58,344 nucleotides of DNA from Gemmatimonadota bacterium. Lineage in GTDB: Bacteria; Gemmatimonadota; Gemmatimonadetes; Gemmatimonadales; GWC2-71-9. The notes below the pieces were generated by a model that did not search any database, was not told the origin of the DNA, and was given only the letters and a program-made list of their open reading frames with translations. The translations under genes were made by a program, and so were the position numbers. The stretch covers positions 1 to 58,344 of the forward strand of contig JAWXBX010000122.1 of assembly GCA_034440415.1 (NCBI GenBank). Reading direction: 5' to 3'. Below, in pieces: positions 1 through 9,026 of this stretch. Numbering within the stretch: the first letter of the stretch is position 1; each line of letters begins with the position of its first letter.

Positions 1-887
1 CCGCGACCGCGGCGGCTGCGACCACCGTCCGCGCGCGGCTCGCGGCTGTCCGGCTCACCGCTGTCGCCGACCGGAGCCGAGGGACTCGGTGCACTCGCGG
101 CGCTGGGGGCCGAGGCGGGCGCTGCACCCCCAGGGGAAACTTCGTATTGTCCGTTATCCAGCTTGGTGAGCTTGATCAGTCGCCGATGGCTGGCCTCGAG
201 TACGAATTTGCTGAACCGGCTGAAGCCGGCGTTCTTCTCGTCGAAATTCGGGTCCTGTTGCTGCATGACCTGCTTGAGCCGGTCCGACCGCATCACGTCG
301 CGGTTCTTCGCCATCGTGGCCACGGCGTCCTGCACCAGCTGCCACGGATCCTGCTGGGCTGAGGGAGCGTCCGCTTCCTTGGTCAGGCCGGCGAGGTCGG
401 AGTACGAGTAGTACTCGTCGCAATTCTGGATCAGCAGATCGCTCGCCGATTCCCGGATGCCAACCCCGATCACATACTTGCCGTACTCCTTCAGCTTGAT
501 CACCAGCATCGAGAAGTCGCTGTCCCCCGACAGCAGGATGAACGTGCCGATCTCCGGCCTGGTAAAGACCAGCTCCATCGCGTCGATCGCGAGGCGGATG
601 TCGGTGGCGTTCTTCTTGTTGGTGCCGAAGGCGGGAGCGAAGATCAGGTCGATCGAAGACTCGGACAGCGGAACGATGTACTGATGATACCGCCGCCAGT
701 CGGCGTAGGCGCGGGACACCGCCACCTTGCCCTTGATGATGTCGCTGTTGAGGAGGTGTTTCAGTTCCTTGGTGAGGTCGGACCGGATGCCCAGGGTGAC
801 GTTGTCGAAATCGATCATCAGGGCGGCGTTGGGGGCATGGATGGGAACATCGCCCGCACGCAGGTGGCGCAGTTGAGGTACAGTCAC
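1..887 (-). CDS. NYN (LabA-like) domain protein with C-terminal OST-HTH/LOTUS-like region. The C-terminus runs off the window.
   Basis: The minus-strand frame is open from the window edge up to a stop at 1026-1028. It is absent from the ORF track because there is no stop in the window. My translation gives ...AALMIDFDNVTLGIRSDL...GTFILLSGDSDFSMLVIKLKEYGKYVIGVG..., then ...DPWQLVQDAVATMAKNRDV...FSRFSKFVLEASHRRLIKL... The start is ambiguous: GTG 887 is used here; GTG 917, GTG 941 and ATG 818 are alternatives. Confidence 0.75.
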   Translation of the reverse strand, partial: MTVPQLRHLRAGDVPIHAPNAALMIDFDNVTLGIRSDLTKELKHLLNSDIIKGKVAVSRAYADWRRYHQYIVPLSESSIDLIFAPAFGTNKKNATDIRLAIDAMELVFTRPEIGTFILLSGDSDFSMLVIKLKEYGKYVIGVGIRESASDLLIQNCDEYYSYSDLAGLTKEADAPSAQQDPWQLVQDAVATMAKNRDVMRSDRLKQVMQQQDPNFDEKNAGFSRFSKFVLEASHRRLIKLTKLDNGQYEVSPGGAAPASAPSAASAPSPSAPVGDSGEPDSREPRADGGRSRRGR

Positions 888-1189
888 GTCGTTGGTGGCT
901 CCAGGCGGGCTGGTCACCGGATCTGCACCGCGGAGCGACACCCCCGGCCCGAAGCCGGCGGGGTGCTCTCCAGCGGCGCAGCCCGGGGGCCGCGCGCCTC
1001 TGCTCAGGCTCCCGGGAGCACGCTCTCACGGGGGCATCGTCGTCTCGCGGGGGAACAGGCAGCGGGCCGCCGTCAGGCGGGCGCGCCCCATTCCCGCGGG
1101 CGTGGGCCCGGAACCCGCCGCATGCGCGGCCCATGAGGTCCCGGATCAGGTGGGGAAATGTAGAAGGTGCGGGGCAGCGCTGGCAGGGG

Positions 1190-2281
1190 TCAATCGGCCA
1201 CGAGAGCGGCAATCACGCGTTCGCCCGCCCGGCCGTCCCAGCCCTCCGGCCGGCCCGGGTGGAACGCCCCCTCGGCACGACGGGTCAGGACCTCGGCGAC
1301 TGCCCGGTTGATGCCGTCACGCTTCGAGGGGATCAGGCGATTGGTGCCTTCCGTGACGGTGACCGGTCGCTCGGTGTTCGCGCGTGCCGTCAGGCAGGGG
1401 ACGCCAAGCACCGTGGTCTCCTCCTGCAGCCCGCCGGAGTCGGTCAGGACGAGGGTGGCCTGCTCCACCAGGGAGATCGTCTCGAGATAGCTCAGCGGAT
1501 CGAGCAGCGTGACGCGACGTGCCAGCGCGCCGAGCCCGAAATCGGCGATGCGCTGCCGGGTGCGCGGATGGATCGGGAAGACCACCGGCATCTGTGCCGC
1601 CAGATCGTCCAGCGCCCCGAGGATTTCGCCCAGCACGTCGGGGTGATCGACATTCGATGGCCGATGGAAGGTGACGAATGCGTAGGGCGCTCCCGCGACA
1701 CCATGGGCTGCCGGTGCGCCGAGTTCGTGCGCCGTGTCGCGCAGCGTCAATAACGTATCGACCATCACGTTCCCCACGAGCTTCACCCGCACGTCTGGAA
1801 TGCCCTCGGCCCGCAGGTTGTCGTTCCCGTCCCGGCTGGGGGTGAGGCACAGGTCGGCGAGCTGGTCGGTGAGCAGCCGGTTCAGTTCCTCGGGCATGGT
1901 GCGGTCGCGGCTCCGGAGTCCCGCTTCCACATGCGCGACCCTGATGCCCTTCTTCGCCGCCACGAGCGCGCAGGCGACGGTCGAGTTCACGTCGCCGTAG
2001 ACGACGACCCAGTCGGGCGTGAGCCGGTCCAGTACCGGTTCGAACTCCAGCATGATCCGGGCGGTCTGCACCGCGTGCGTTCCCGAGCCGACGCCGAGAT
2101 TGACATCCGGCGTTGGCAGGCCAAGGTCCGCGAAGAAGCGATCGCTCATCGCGGCGTCGTAGTGCTGACCGGTATGGACCAGGTACTGCCGCAGGCCCGG
2201 CACGGCAGCCCCGGCGCGAAGCACTGGTGCCACCTTCATGAAATTCGGCCGGGCTCCGACAACGTGGAGCAGGCTGCTCAT
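1190..2281 (-). CDS. wecB: UDP-N-acetylglucosamine 2-epimerase (non-hydrolysing)
   Basis: 363-aa ORF. MSSLLHVVGARPNFMKVAPV...HTGQHYD...VYGDVNST...HVEAGLRS...MPEELNR is collinear with the WecB/MnaA family. ATGA overlap with the upstream kinase gene. Confidence 0.9.
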   Translation of the reverse strand: MSSLLHVVGARPNFMKVAPVLRAGAAVPGLRQYLVHTGQHYDAAMSDRFFADLGLPTPDVNLGVGSGTHAVQTARIMLEFEPVLDRLTPDWVVVYGDVNSTVACALVAAKKGIRVAHVEAGLRSRDRTMPEELNRLLTDQLADLCLTPSRDGNDNLRAEGIPDVRVKLVGNVMVDTLLTLRDTAHELGAPAAHGVAGAPYAFVTFHRPSNVDHPDVLGEILGALDDLAAQMPVVFPIHPRTRQRIADFGLGALARRVTLLDPLSYLETISLVEQATLVLTDSGGLQEETTVLGVPCLTARANTERPVTVTEGTNRLIPSKRDGINRAVAEVLTRRAEGAFHPGRPEGWDGRAGERVIAALVAD

Positions 2282-3369
2282 TGCCGCTCCGACGCGAGCG
2301 GCAGGTCCAGCTCGAAGTAGAACCGCGTGCCCTGGTCAGCGATGGTCTCCACCCGGAGGTTGGAATGCATCGCTTCCACCAGCTTGCGGCAGATCGACAA
2401 CCCCAGGCCCGCGCCGGAGAACGCATACTCCCCCGGCTTCTGCCGCCGGCGGAACGGCTCGAACAGGGTCAGCATCGCATGCGGTGGGATCCCGCGGCCG
2501 GTATCGCGGACCGAGAATTCCACCCGGGTGCCGCTCTTGATGTCGCCCCGCACTTCGACGTGACCGTCAGAGGTGAATTTCAATGCGTTGGTCGTCAGGT
2601 TCAGGAGGACGCGGGAAAGCGCGACGGGATGACCCACGCGGAAATCCTCCGGCGGCGTCTCCAGCCGGACCTGCAACCCCTTTTCCTCGGCGATCGGCTG
2701 CACAATATCGCGCACCGACTCGAAGATGTCCGACATCGAGAAGGGCAAGGGATCCAGGTCGACCAGCCGGTCCCCACCCCGGGCGAGTTCAATGACGTCG
2801 CTTGCGAGGGAAGACAGGCCGAATGCCGCGGAATAAATGAGCCCCAACTGGCGCTCTTGTATCGTGTTGATGGGGCCGCTGCGGGCGCGCTGGAGGGTCT
2901 CGGCCAGAAAGAGAATGGAGGTCAGGGGAGAGCGCAGATCGTGTGCGACCTCGACGACCAGCTCCATCCCGTCCGGTCCGGAGAGCCGGTCGGCGAAATG
3001 CTGTGCCCAGTCCGGCTCGATGGCCTGATGGACCGCCTCGATGGCCTGAAGCACGCAGAGCAGCGAGCCGACGTCGATTGGCTCGGTACGCACCTGCAAC
3101 TCCTCAAGGAGCCTGCGGCGCACCAATTCGAGCAGTCGTCGCCCCAGGACTGAGCGGGGCAACCCCAGCGGCACACCACTCCCCGCGCCGGCCTGACGGA
3201 TCGCGGCGCCCAGCTGCGCCAGCAGGCCGCGGACCTCATCCTGGGACGGGCTGTCCTCGACCACCTGCTGCCAGCCGGTCTCCACCGATGCCAGAACGCC
3301 ATCCAGATGCCCCATGAGCCGCGCACACAACGGCCCGCGCGGCAGCGGGCTCACGGCAGGTTCGGTCAC
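2278..3369 (-). CDS. Soluble sensor histidine kinase (HisKA + HATPase_c)
   Basis: H-box EVAHDLRSPLTSILFLAETL. N/G boxes LLNLTTNALKF, RDTGRGIP, GAGLGLSI. No TM segment. GTGA overlap with the regulator stop suggests translational coupling. Confidence 0.9.
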   Translation of the reverse strand: MTEPAVSPLPRGPLCARLMGHLDGVLASVETGWQQVVEDSPSQDEVRGLLAQLGAAIRQAGAGSGVPLGLPRSVLGRRLLELVRRRLLEELQVRTEPIDVGSLLCVLQAIEAVHQAIEPDWAQHFADRLSGPDGMELVVEVAHDLRSPLTSILFLAETLQRARSGPINTIQERQLGLIYSAAFGLSSLASDVIELARGGDRLVDLDPLPFSMSDIFESVRDIVQPIAEEKGLQVRLETPPEDFRVGHPVALSRVLLNLTTNALKFTSDGHVEVRGDIKSGTRVEFSVRDTGRGIPPHAMLTLFEPFRRRQKPGEYAFSGAGLGLSICRKLVEAMHSNLRVETIADQGTRFYFELDLPLASERQ

Positions 3370-4892
3370 TCAGGCATCCCCGTCAGGTCGTCCCGCTGAA
3401 AGCTGTGCTTGTCCATCAGGCGGTACAGGGTGGTGCGGTCAATGTTGGCGAGGCGCGCGGCCTTCGACATGTTCCCGCCAGCCCGACCGATCAGGCGGGT
3501 CAGGTATTCCTTCTCGAACTGGGCCACGACCCGATCCTTGGCGAGGTGATACGCTTCATCCAGCACCGGCGTTGTCAGCGTGCTCTCCGTCCCGAACTCC
3601 GATCCATCCTCGTAAATTGGCACGTCGTTGGGCTGGATCACCTGATCCGGCTCCGCCAGCACGGCCACGTGCTCGATCACGTTCTGCAGTTCACGGACGT
3701 TGCCTCGCCACGGCCGTGACCGGAGGAACGCCAGACTCGCATCCGACAGGCGGGGCACCCGATCGCCCATCTGGCGGTGGCGCTGCCAGTAGTAGGTCAG
3801 GAAGTGACTCGTCAGCAGCGGGATATCCTCAGGCCGCTTGCGCAGGGGCGGCAGCTTGATGGGCACCACGCGAAGCCGGTAGAACAAATCTCCCCGCAGA
3901 ATCCCCTGATTCACCGCCTCCTGGGGCTCCCGGTTGGTCGCGGCGATATAGCGGACATCCACCACCGCATCCGACGTCTCGCTGCCAACCCGACGCACCA
4001 CGCCGTCCTGAATCACCCGCAGCAGTTTCGCCTGCAGCGGCATGGACATTTCCGTCAATTCGTCGAGAAATAGCGTTCCGCCATTGGCCATCTCCAGCAG
4101 CCCGGGCTTCTCCCGATCCGCGCCGGTGAAGGCGCCCTTGCGGTGCCCGAACATCTCGGACTCGAGCAGGGGCTCGGGAAGCGCGGCACAGTTGATGGCG
4201 ATCATCGGCTTGTGCGCCCGGCGGCTGTGCTGATGAATGAACTGGGCGATCACTTCCTTGCCGGTTCCGCTCTCCCCGCTGATGAACACCGACGCGTCGG
4301 TGGCTGCGACTTTGCGCGACAAGTCGACGGCTTTGCGGAAGAGCGGCGAGATCCCGATCAGCGATATCTTGTCGCTGTGCCCGCCCTGCTGCGCCAGTTG
4401 CTGCTTCAGGTCGCGGGTCTCGCGCGAGACCATGACGGCGTGGGACGCCCGCCCGATCAGCACCTGCAGATGGGTGGCGGAGAATGGCTTGGGCAGGTAG
4501 TCCCAGGCGCCCGCCCGGAGCGCCTCGATGCTGCTGGTCACACTGGGATTCCCGGTCATCACGACAACGATGGTGTCCCGGTGGGACTCGAGGGCGGAGC
4601 GCAGAATGTCCATGCCGGACGTCTGCGACATGTACAGATCGACCAGGATAATGTCGAACTTCCGTCGCTTGACCGTCTCAAGCGCCTCTTCGCCCCGACC
4701 GATCAGGGTAACGTTGTAGCCATCCATCTGGAGCACGCTGGCGCAACTCTCACGCAGCGTTCGCTCGTCGTCGACAATAAGAATGCGAATACTCGCCTTG
4801 ACATCGGCGGGAATGGAGAGCGGATCCCGTCCCCCCACATCGATGGGCGGACCATCCGGGCGTCTGGGGGGGTGCGCAAGCGAGGAACCCAT
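3366..4892 (-). CDS. NtrC-family sigma-54-dependent response regulator (REC + AAA+ + Fis HTH), PrsR-like by context
   Basis: REC: IRILIVDDERTL...ILVDLYM. AAA+: Walker A GESGTGKE, sigma-54 contact loop GHRKGAFTGA, Walker B LFLDEL. C-terminal HTH: NMSKAARLANIDRTTLYRLM. The ORF-track start (4982) looks over-extended, so ATG 4892 (MGSSLAHPP...) is chosen. Confidence 0.9.
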   Translation of the reverse strand: MGSSLAHPPRRPDGPPIDVGGRDPLSIPADVKASIRILIVDDERTLRESCASVLQMDGYNVTLIGRGEEALETVKRRKFDIILVDLYMSQTSGMDILRSALESHRDTIVVVMTGNPSVTSSIEALRAGAWDYLPKPFSATHLQVLIGRASHAVMVSRETRDLKQQLAQQGGHSDKISLIGISPLFRKAVDLSRKVAATDASVFISGESGTGKEVIAQFIHQHSRRAHKPMIAINCAALPEPLLESEMFGHRKGAFTGADREKPGLLEMANGGTLFLDELTEMSMPLQAKLLRVIQDGVVRRVGSETSDAVVDVRYIAATNREPQEAVNQGILRGDLFYRLRVVPIKLPPLRKRPEDIPLLTSHFLTYYWQRHRQMGDRVPRLSDASLAFLRSRPWRGNVRELQNVIEHVAVLAEPDQVIQPNDVPIYEDGSEFGTESTLTTPVLDEAYHLAKDRVVAQFEKEYLTRLIGRAGGNMSKAARLANIDRTTLYRLMDKHSFQRDDLTGMPE

Positions 4893-5165
4893 GGTTCCGC
4901 TCCTTCGAGCAGGGCAAGACTGATCAAAACTGGTATCCTGCACGAGGTAGAATGCCCCGGGCGTGGCGTGAGGACACCACAATGCATCTTTGGTACCACA
5001 CCAGATGGGTCGAGAAGTTCGCCACCGCCGTCAGGTCCACCAGCAATGTAACAAGAAAACCGCATTGTGGCATCAACGCAACACTATACGAAGCCTCGGG
5101 CCCTCGTGGGCAACAACTTCCGAACCTGGCGACAATCCTGGCACATTCCGCTCGCAAACGGGCCA

Positions 5166-5181
5166 CGGTCTGCAGTTTGCT
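5166..5181 (+). promoter_or_regulatory. Weak sigma-54 -24/-12 candidate upstream of the Wzc-like gene
   Basis: CGGTCTgcagtTTGCT: GG (5167-68) and GC (5179-80) at the canonical 12-nt register, with a perfect TTGCT -12 box and a poor -24 flank. It lies 67 nt upstream of ATG 5248. Confidence 0.25.
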
Positions 5182-5247
5182 GTTTGCGTGCTGAGGCTCC
5201 ACCTTCAACAGTTGCTTTTCCAGCGGATCACCCTCGGATCAGGCCTG

Positions 5248-7650
5248 ATGCAGAACAACTTCCCCACCTCGCCGGATGAACAGCCGGGCGATCATGACCT
5301 GACCCCGTTCACCAATATGGCCGCGGTGGTTCCGGCCCAGGAACGGGCAGAACCCGGCATTAACTTCGGGCGCTATCTCTCGGCGCTGAAGCGATACCGC
5401 TGGCTGATGCTGGCAATTGTCCTTACTGGGACCGCACTGTCCCTGGTCGGTTCGCGCTTTGTGAAGCTGACGTTTGCGGCCGAATCCACGCTCTGGGTCC
5501 AGCGTCCCGCGGGCAACAAGGGGCCGATCGAGGAAGCAGATATCCTGGATATGCAGGGCTATTCCGACCTCCTCCGGACGGACGCCGTCTTTGAACCTGT
5601 CATCCATCGCATGCGGTTGTACATCGAGGCGGATCGGCGGCGGGAAGTGGCCCTGGTCGATTCCCTCTTTCGGGAGTTCGATATCGCCGAGAAGTTCAGC
5701 ACCGGGAAGTACACGCTGCGGGTTGACGCCGACGGTCGGCGATGGTCGCTGGAGCGCGCTGGCAAGCCGGCGGCTTCAGGGGTGGTCGGCGATTCGATCG
5801 GCACGAAATTGGGATGGCGCTGGGCACCGACGGCTGCCACACTCGGGCGCAACCTCGACCTCACCTTCGACGTGCGATCACCACAGGATGTGGCCGGCGA
5901 GCTGAACCGGAACATCAAGGCGAATTTCGGAGAAAAGAGCAACTTCATCCGCATCGCCCTGTCGGGAAAGGATCGGGACCAGGTCGCCAGGATCGTGAAT
6001 GCGCTGTGCGAACAGTTTGTGGCCCTCGCCGCGGACCTCAAGCGGCGGAATCTCACGGCCATGCGGGAAGTCCTGGACAGTCAGGTCAACACCGCTCAGG
6101 TCAACTTGCGGGACAGCGAAACCAGACTGAAGGGATTCCAGACCAACACGATCACCGCGCCGCGCTCCGGCGTTCTCGGCATGACCCCCGGCCTGATCGC
6201 CACGACTGGGCCGACCCAACAGGTCTACAACAGCCAGGCCGTCCAACTCGAGCAGCTGCGCCAGGACCGGCAGCAGCTTGAGACCGTCCTGCAACGCTCC
6301 AAGAGTGGCGAGATCACGGCCGACGCCTTCCAGACGATTCCCTCGGTCAACAACGCAATTCAGCTCAAGGCGGCCATCGCCGAGCTGGTCAGGGCCGAGT
6401 CGGAACGGGATGCCCTTCTGTTCCGCTACACCCCAGAACACCCGCTGGTAAAGCAGAACGAGACGCTGCTGGCGGAGGTTCGTGGCCGCCGGATTCCTGA
6501 ACTCGCACAGGCACTGGTCAGCCAGCTCCGATCCCAGGAAAAGGACCTCGAGACCCGGCTGGCGTCCGCCGGCGCGGAGCTGCGGCAAGGGCCGGGTATC
6601 GCGATCACGGAGATGGCGCTCAACCGGGAATACAAGATCGCGGAAAACCTGTATCAGGGCCTGGCCGGGCGGCACGCGGAGGCAGCGCTGGCGGAACTGA
6701 GCGCGATTCCGGACATCATGATTCTCGACCCCGCGGTCGCTCCCACAAAACCCATCAGCAACGACCGGATCAAGATCATCCTGATGGGCATCGGGGCCAG
6801 CTTTGGGGCGGCGATCGGACTGGCGCTGCTGCTCGACCAGATCGACCGGCGATTCCGCTACCCGGAGCAGGTATCGAGCGGTCTGGGTCTGGCGATCCTC
6901 GGGGCCGTCCCCGCCATCCGAAAGAGCCGGCGCGGCGAGTTGCCGCAGGAACAGGCCGCCCAGGTGGTGGAGGCGTTCCGCACCATTCGCCTCAATTTGG
7001 CGCACTCCTACGGCGCCGCCGGCCCGGTGATGCTCACGATTTCAAGCCCTGGCGCAGGCGACGGCAAGTCGCTCGTCTCCTCCAACCTGGCCGTGTCATT
7101 CGCCGAGGCGGGGTACCGCACCCTGCTCATCGATGGCGACATCCGGCGCGGGGAATTGCACCGCATGTTCGCGGTTGATCGGCCGGGACTTCTCGACCAT
7201 CTTGCCGGGCAGGCAACGCTCGAGGACACGATCCGCCCGACGTCCCAGCGTGGGCTCTCCGTGATACCATGCGGTACTCGCCGGTATCGCGGACCCGAGC
7301 TGCTCGGGTCAGCCGCCATGGCGGAACTGATGGCGGTGGTGAAGACCCAATTCGATGTCATCCTGGTCGACAGTCCGCCGCTGGGCGCGGGAATCGATCC
7401 ATTCGTTTTGGGGACGACCACCGGTCATCTCATGCTGGTCTTCAGGTCGGGGGAGACGGATCGGCAGATGGCGGAGGCGAAACTCCGGCTGCTCGACCGG
7501 TTGCCGGTTCGGGTGCTGGGAGCGGTCTTGAACGAAGTGCAGGCGGAGGGGGTGTATCGGTACTACTCCTACCTCTATGGATACTCGTCCGACGAAGAAC
7601 CGAGTCAGCTTACTGCCACCGCGGGCGCCACCGGCGAACCGCAGGCATAA
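5248..7650 (+). CDS. Polysaccharide co-polymerase fused to BY tyrosine autokinase (Wzc/GumC-EpsF/G-like)
   Basis: Wzz-type N-domain with two TM helices (LMLAIVLTGTALSLV; IILMGIGASFGAAIGLALLL) flanking a long coiled-coil region. P-loop ISSPGAGDGKSLV, Walker B ILVDSPP, Tyr-cluster tail YRYYSYLYGYSSDEE. The ORF-track start 4990 is rejected in favour of ATG 5248 (MQNNFPTSPDE). Confidence 0.9.
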   Translation: MQNNFPTSPDEQPGDHDLTPFTNMAAVVPAQERAEPGINFGRYLSALKRYRWLMLAIVLTGTALSLVGSRFVKLTFAAESTLWVQRPAGNKGPIEEADILDMQGYSDLLRTDAVFEPVIHRMRLYIEADRRREVALVDSLFREFDIAEKFSTGKYTLRVDADGRRWSLERAGKPAASGVVGDSIGTKLGWRWAPTAATLGRNLDLTFDVRSPQDVAGELNRNIKANFGEKSNFIRIALSGKDRDQVARIVNALCEQFVALAADLKRRNLTAMREVLDSQVNTAQVNLRDSETRLKGFQTNTITAPRSGVLGMTPGLIATTGPTQQVYNSQAVQLEQLRQDRQQLETVLQRSKSGEITADAFQTIPSVNNAIQLKAAIAELVRAESERDALLFRYTPEHPLVKQNETLLAEVRGRRIPELAQALVSQLRSQEKDLETRLASAGAELRQGPGIAITEMALNREYKIAENLYQGLAGRHAEAALAELSAIPDIMILDPAVAPTKPISNDRIKIILMGIGASFGAAIGLALLLDQIDRRFRYPEQVSSGLGLAILGAVPAIRKSRRGELPQEQAAQVVEAFRTIRLNLAHSYGAAGPVMLTISSPGAGDGKSLVSSNLAVSFAEAGYRTLLIDGDIRRGELHRMFAVDRPGLLDHLAGQATLEDTIRPTSQRGLSVIPCGTRRYRGPELLGSAAMAELMAVVKTQFDVILVDSPPLGAGIDPFVLGTTTGHLMLVFRSGETDRQMAEAKLRLLDRLPVRVLGAVLNEVQAEGVYRYYSYLYGYSSDEEPSQLTATAGATGEPQA

Positions 7651-7654
7651 TCGC

Positions 7655-8581
7655 TTAAACGGCCGGGGCGATGTCGGGCTGAAAGAGCCTGATCCGCTCC
7701 GCGCTGCCGGCGCCTCGGAGTTCACGAAGGGCGGTGGTCGCCCGCAGCAGCAATTCCACCGCATCGATGGCGGCCACGCCAAAGTCCGGGACCACCGAAT
7801 AACCCGCTTGCAGGGACAGTGGCTGAGGGCCATCGTGCGGCAGCGGACTCAAGGATTGCTGGATCCGCTCAAAGAGCCTCAGTGCACCGCGCGCCTCAGT
7901 CGCCGGGGCGATCACCCCGAATTCCCCGTCTCCGAGACGACCGATCGCATCAGAAGATCGACCCCGATCGCGAAGCAGGCGACCCAATTCTCCGGTGAGC
8001 CGCTGCTGGGTCGGCACATCCGCATCCCGGGACTCCGCCGCCAGCACGAGGCAGGCAAGCGGTTGGCGGCGACGATAGACCTCGGACCCTATTTCCCGGG
8101 CCCGACGGGACAGGCCGCGCATGTTGTAGAGACCGGTATCATGGTCCAGCAGGCTCTCATCGCGGGTGCGATCGGCATCCCGTTTCGCGGCGAGATAGGT
8201 GCCGAGCTTGAGGAGCAGGCTCTCGCCATCGAGCGGTTGTCCCAGGAATTCCCATGCACCGGCGCGGTAGGCATCCAAGCGCTGCACCCGGCCAGACGGG
8301 CCGGCCGTGGTAATCAGGATCGGGATGGTCGCGCCGAAGCGCGGATCTTCGCGCAGCAATCGGCACACTTCGATCCCGTGTACATCGGGCATCTGGGCGT
8401 CGAGGATCACGAGGTCGGGCCGGGCACTCAGCGCCCGTTCGAGCGCCTGCTGCCCGGTATAGGCCCGGATGACGGTGTACCCATTGGGCACGAGGATGCT
8501 CTCCAGCGACCGCGCAGACCATTCCTGATCGTTGGCGATCAGAACCAGCGGGGCGCGGGTGGCGGTCTCACGCTCGGGCAT
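7655..8581 (-). CDS. Response-regulator receiver fused to a degenerate GGDEF domain (GDGEF) with an intact RxxD I-site
   Basis: REC: LVLIANDQEW...DLVILDAQMPDVHG. GGDEF fold: DHDTGLYNMRGL...RSSDAIGRLGDGEFGVI. ATG 8581 (MPERETATR) is chosen over the track start 8689. Confidence 0.85.
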   Translation of the reverse strand: MPERETATRAPLVLIANDQEWSARSLESILVPNGYTVIRAYTGQQALERALSARPDLVILDAQMPDVHGIEVCRLLREDPRFGATIPILITTAGPSGRVQRLDAYRAGAWEFLGQPLDGESLLLKLGTYLAAKRDADRTRDESLLDHDTGLYNMRGLSRRAREIGSEVYRRRQPLACLVLAAESRDADVPTQQRLTGELGRLLRDRGRSSDAIGRLGDGEFGVIAPATEARGALRLFERIQQSLSPLPHDGPQPLSLQAGYSVVPDFGVAAIDAVELLLRATTALRELRGAGSAERIRLFQPDIAPAV

Positions 8582-8968
8582 CGGGATCCTATGGCTTTGG
8601 CGAAACGCCGACTGAGGGAGCTCTGAGGACCGGTTCAGTCGACTACGGCGGAATGCTATTGGTCTTGCATGCAGGTACTGAACCGTCAACCAAGTGTCCG
8701 TAGTACAATAGGAACTATCACTCGCGCAGGCAATACAACCCGTTGCCCTGCTTCCGGTTCGGACGCAGCCGCTGTGATCCGAATCACTGACGGGCCGCGA
8801 CAGTATTCATGAGGGCCGAGTGGCCAGGCAGAGCGGGCGCGAGATCGTGGCATCAGCACCGCAAGAAGTGTAGACTTCCGACCACAGGCACCTCGGGAAT
8901 AACGGGCTGGTTGGCGAACCGATGGGGCAATTGTCGAGGGCCAAAGGTACTTTGCAGTTGATCTGGAA

Positions 8969-8984
8969 TGGCTGTCCGCTAGCA
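8969..8984 (+). promoter_or_regulatory. Sigma-54 -24/-12 promoter candidate for the export/priming/exosortase operon
   Basis: TGGCTGtccgcTAGCA: GG 8970-71, GC 8982-83 (12-nt register). It lies 43 nt upstream of ATG 9027, in a GC-poor intergenic stretch. Confidence 0.4.
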
Positions 8985-9026
8985 CGCAGCGTGCTCTAGT
9001 GGCCCTCACCTTCGACTTCGGAACCC

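Noticed and set aside
154-1212. 352-aa minus-strand ORF, plus several overlapping plus-strand ORFs, across the first 1.3 kb.
   Set aside because: The translation is Arg/Pro/Gly-rich with no motifs and overlaps the convincing NYN/LOTUS frame. This is a typical shadow ORF of GC-rich DNA.
5138-5155. A perfect TGGCAC hexamer upstream of the Wzc-like gene.
   Set aside because: No GC dinucleotide lies at the required 12-nt register; the nearest are 2 nt off on either side. It is not counted as a sigma-54 promoter.
8848-8863. A second sigma-54-like box, TGGCATcagcaCCGCA, upstream of the export operon.
   Set aside because: The register is correct, but the -12 element is CCGCA and the site lies 164 nt from the ATG. 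The 8969 site is better placed. It is kept only as an alternative.
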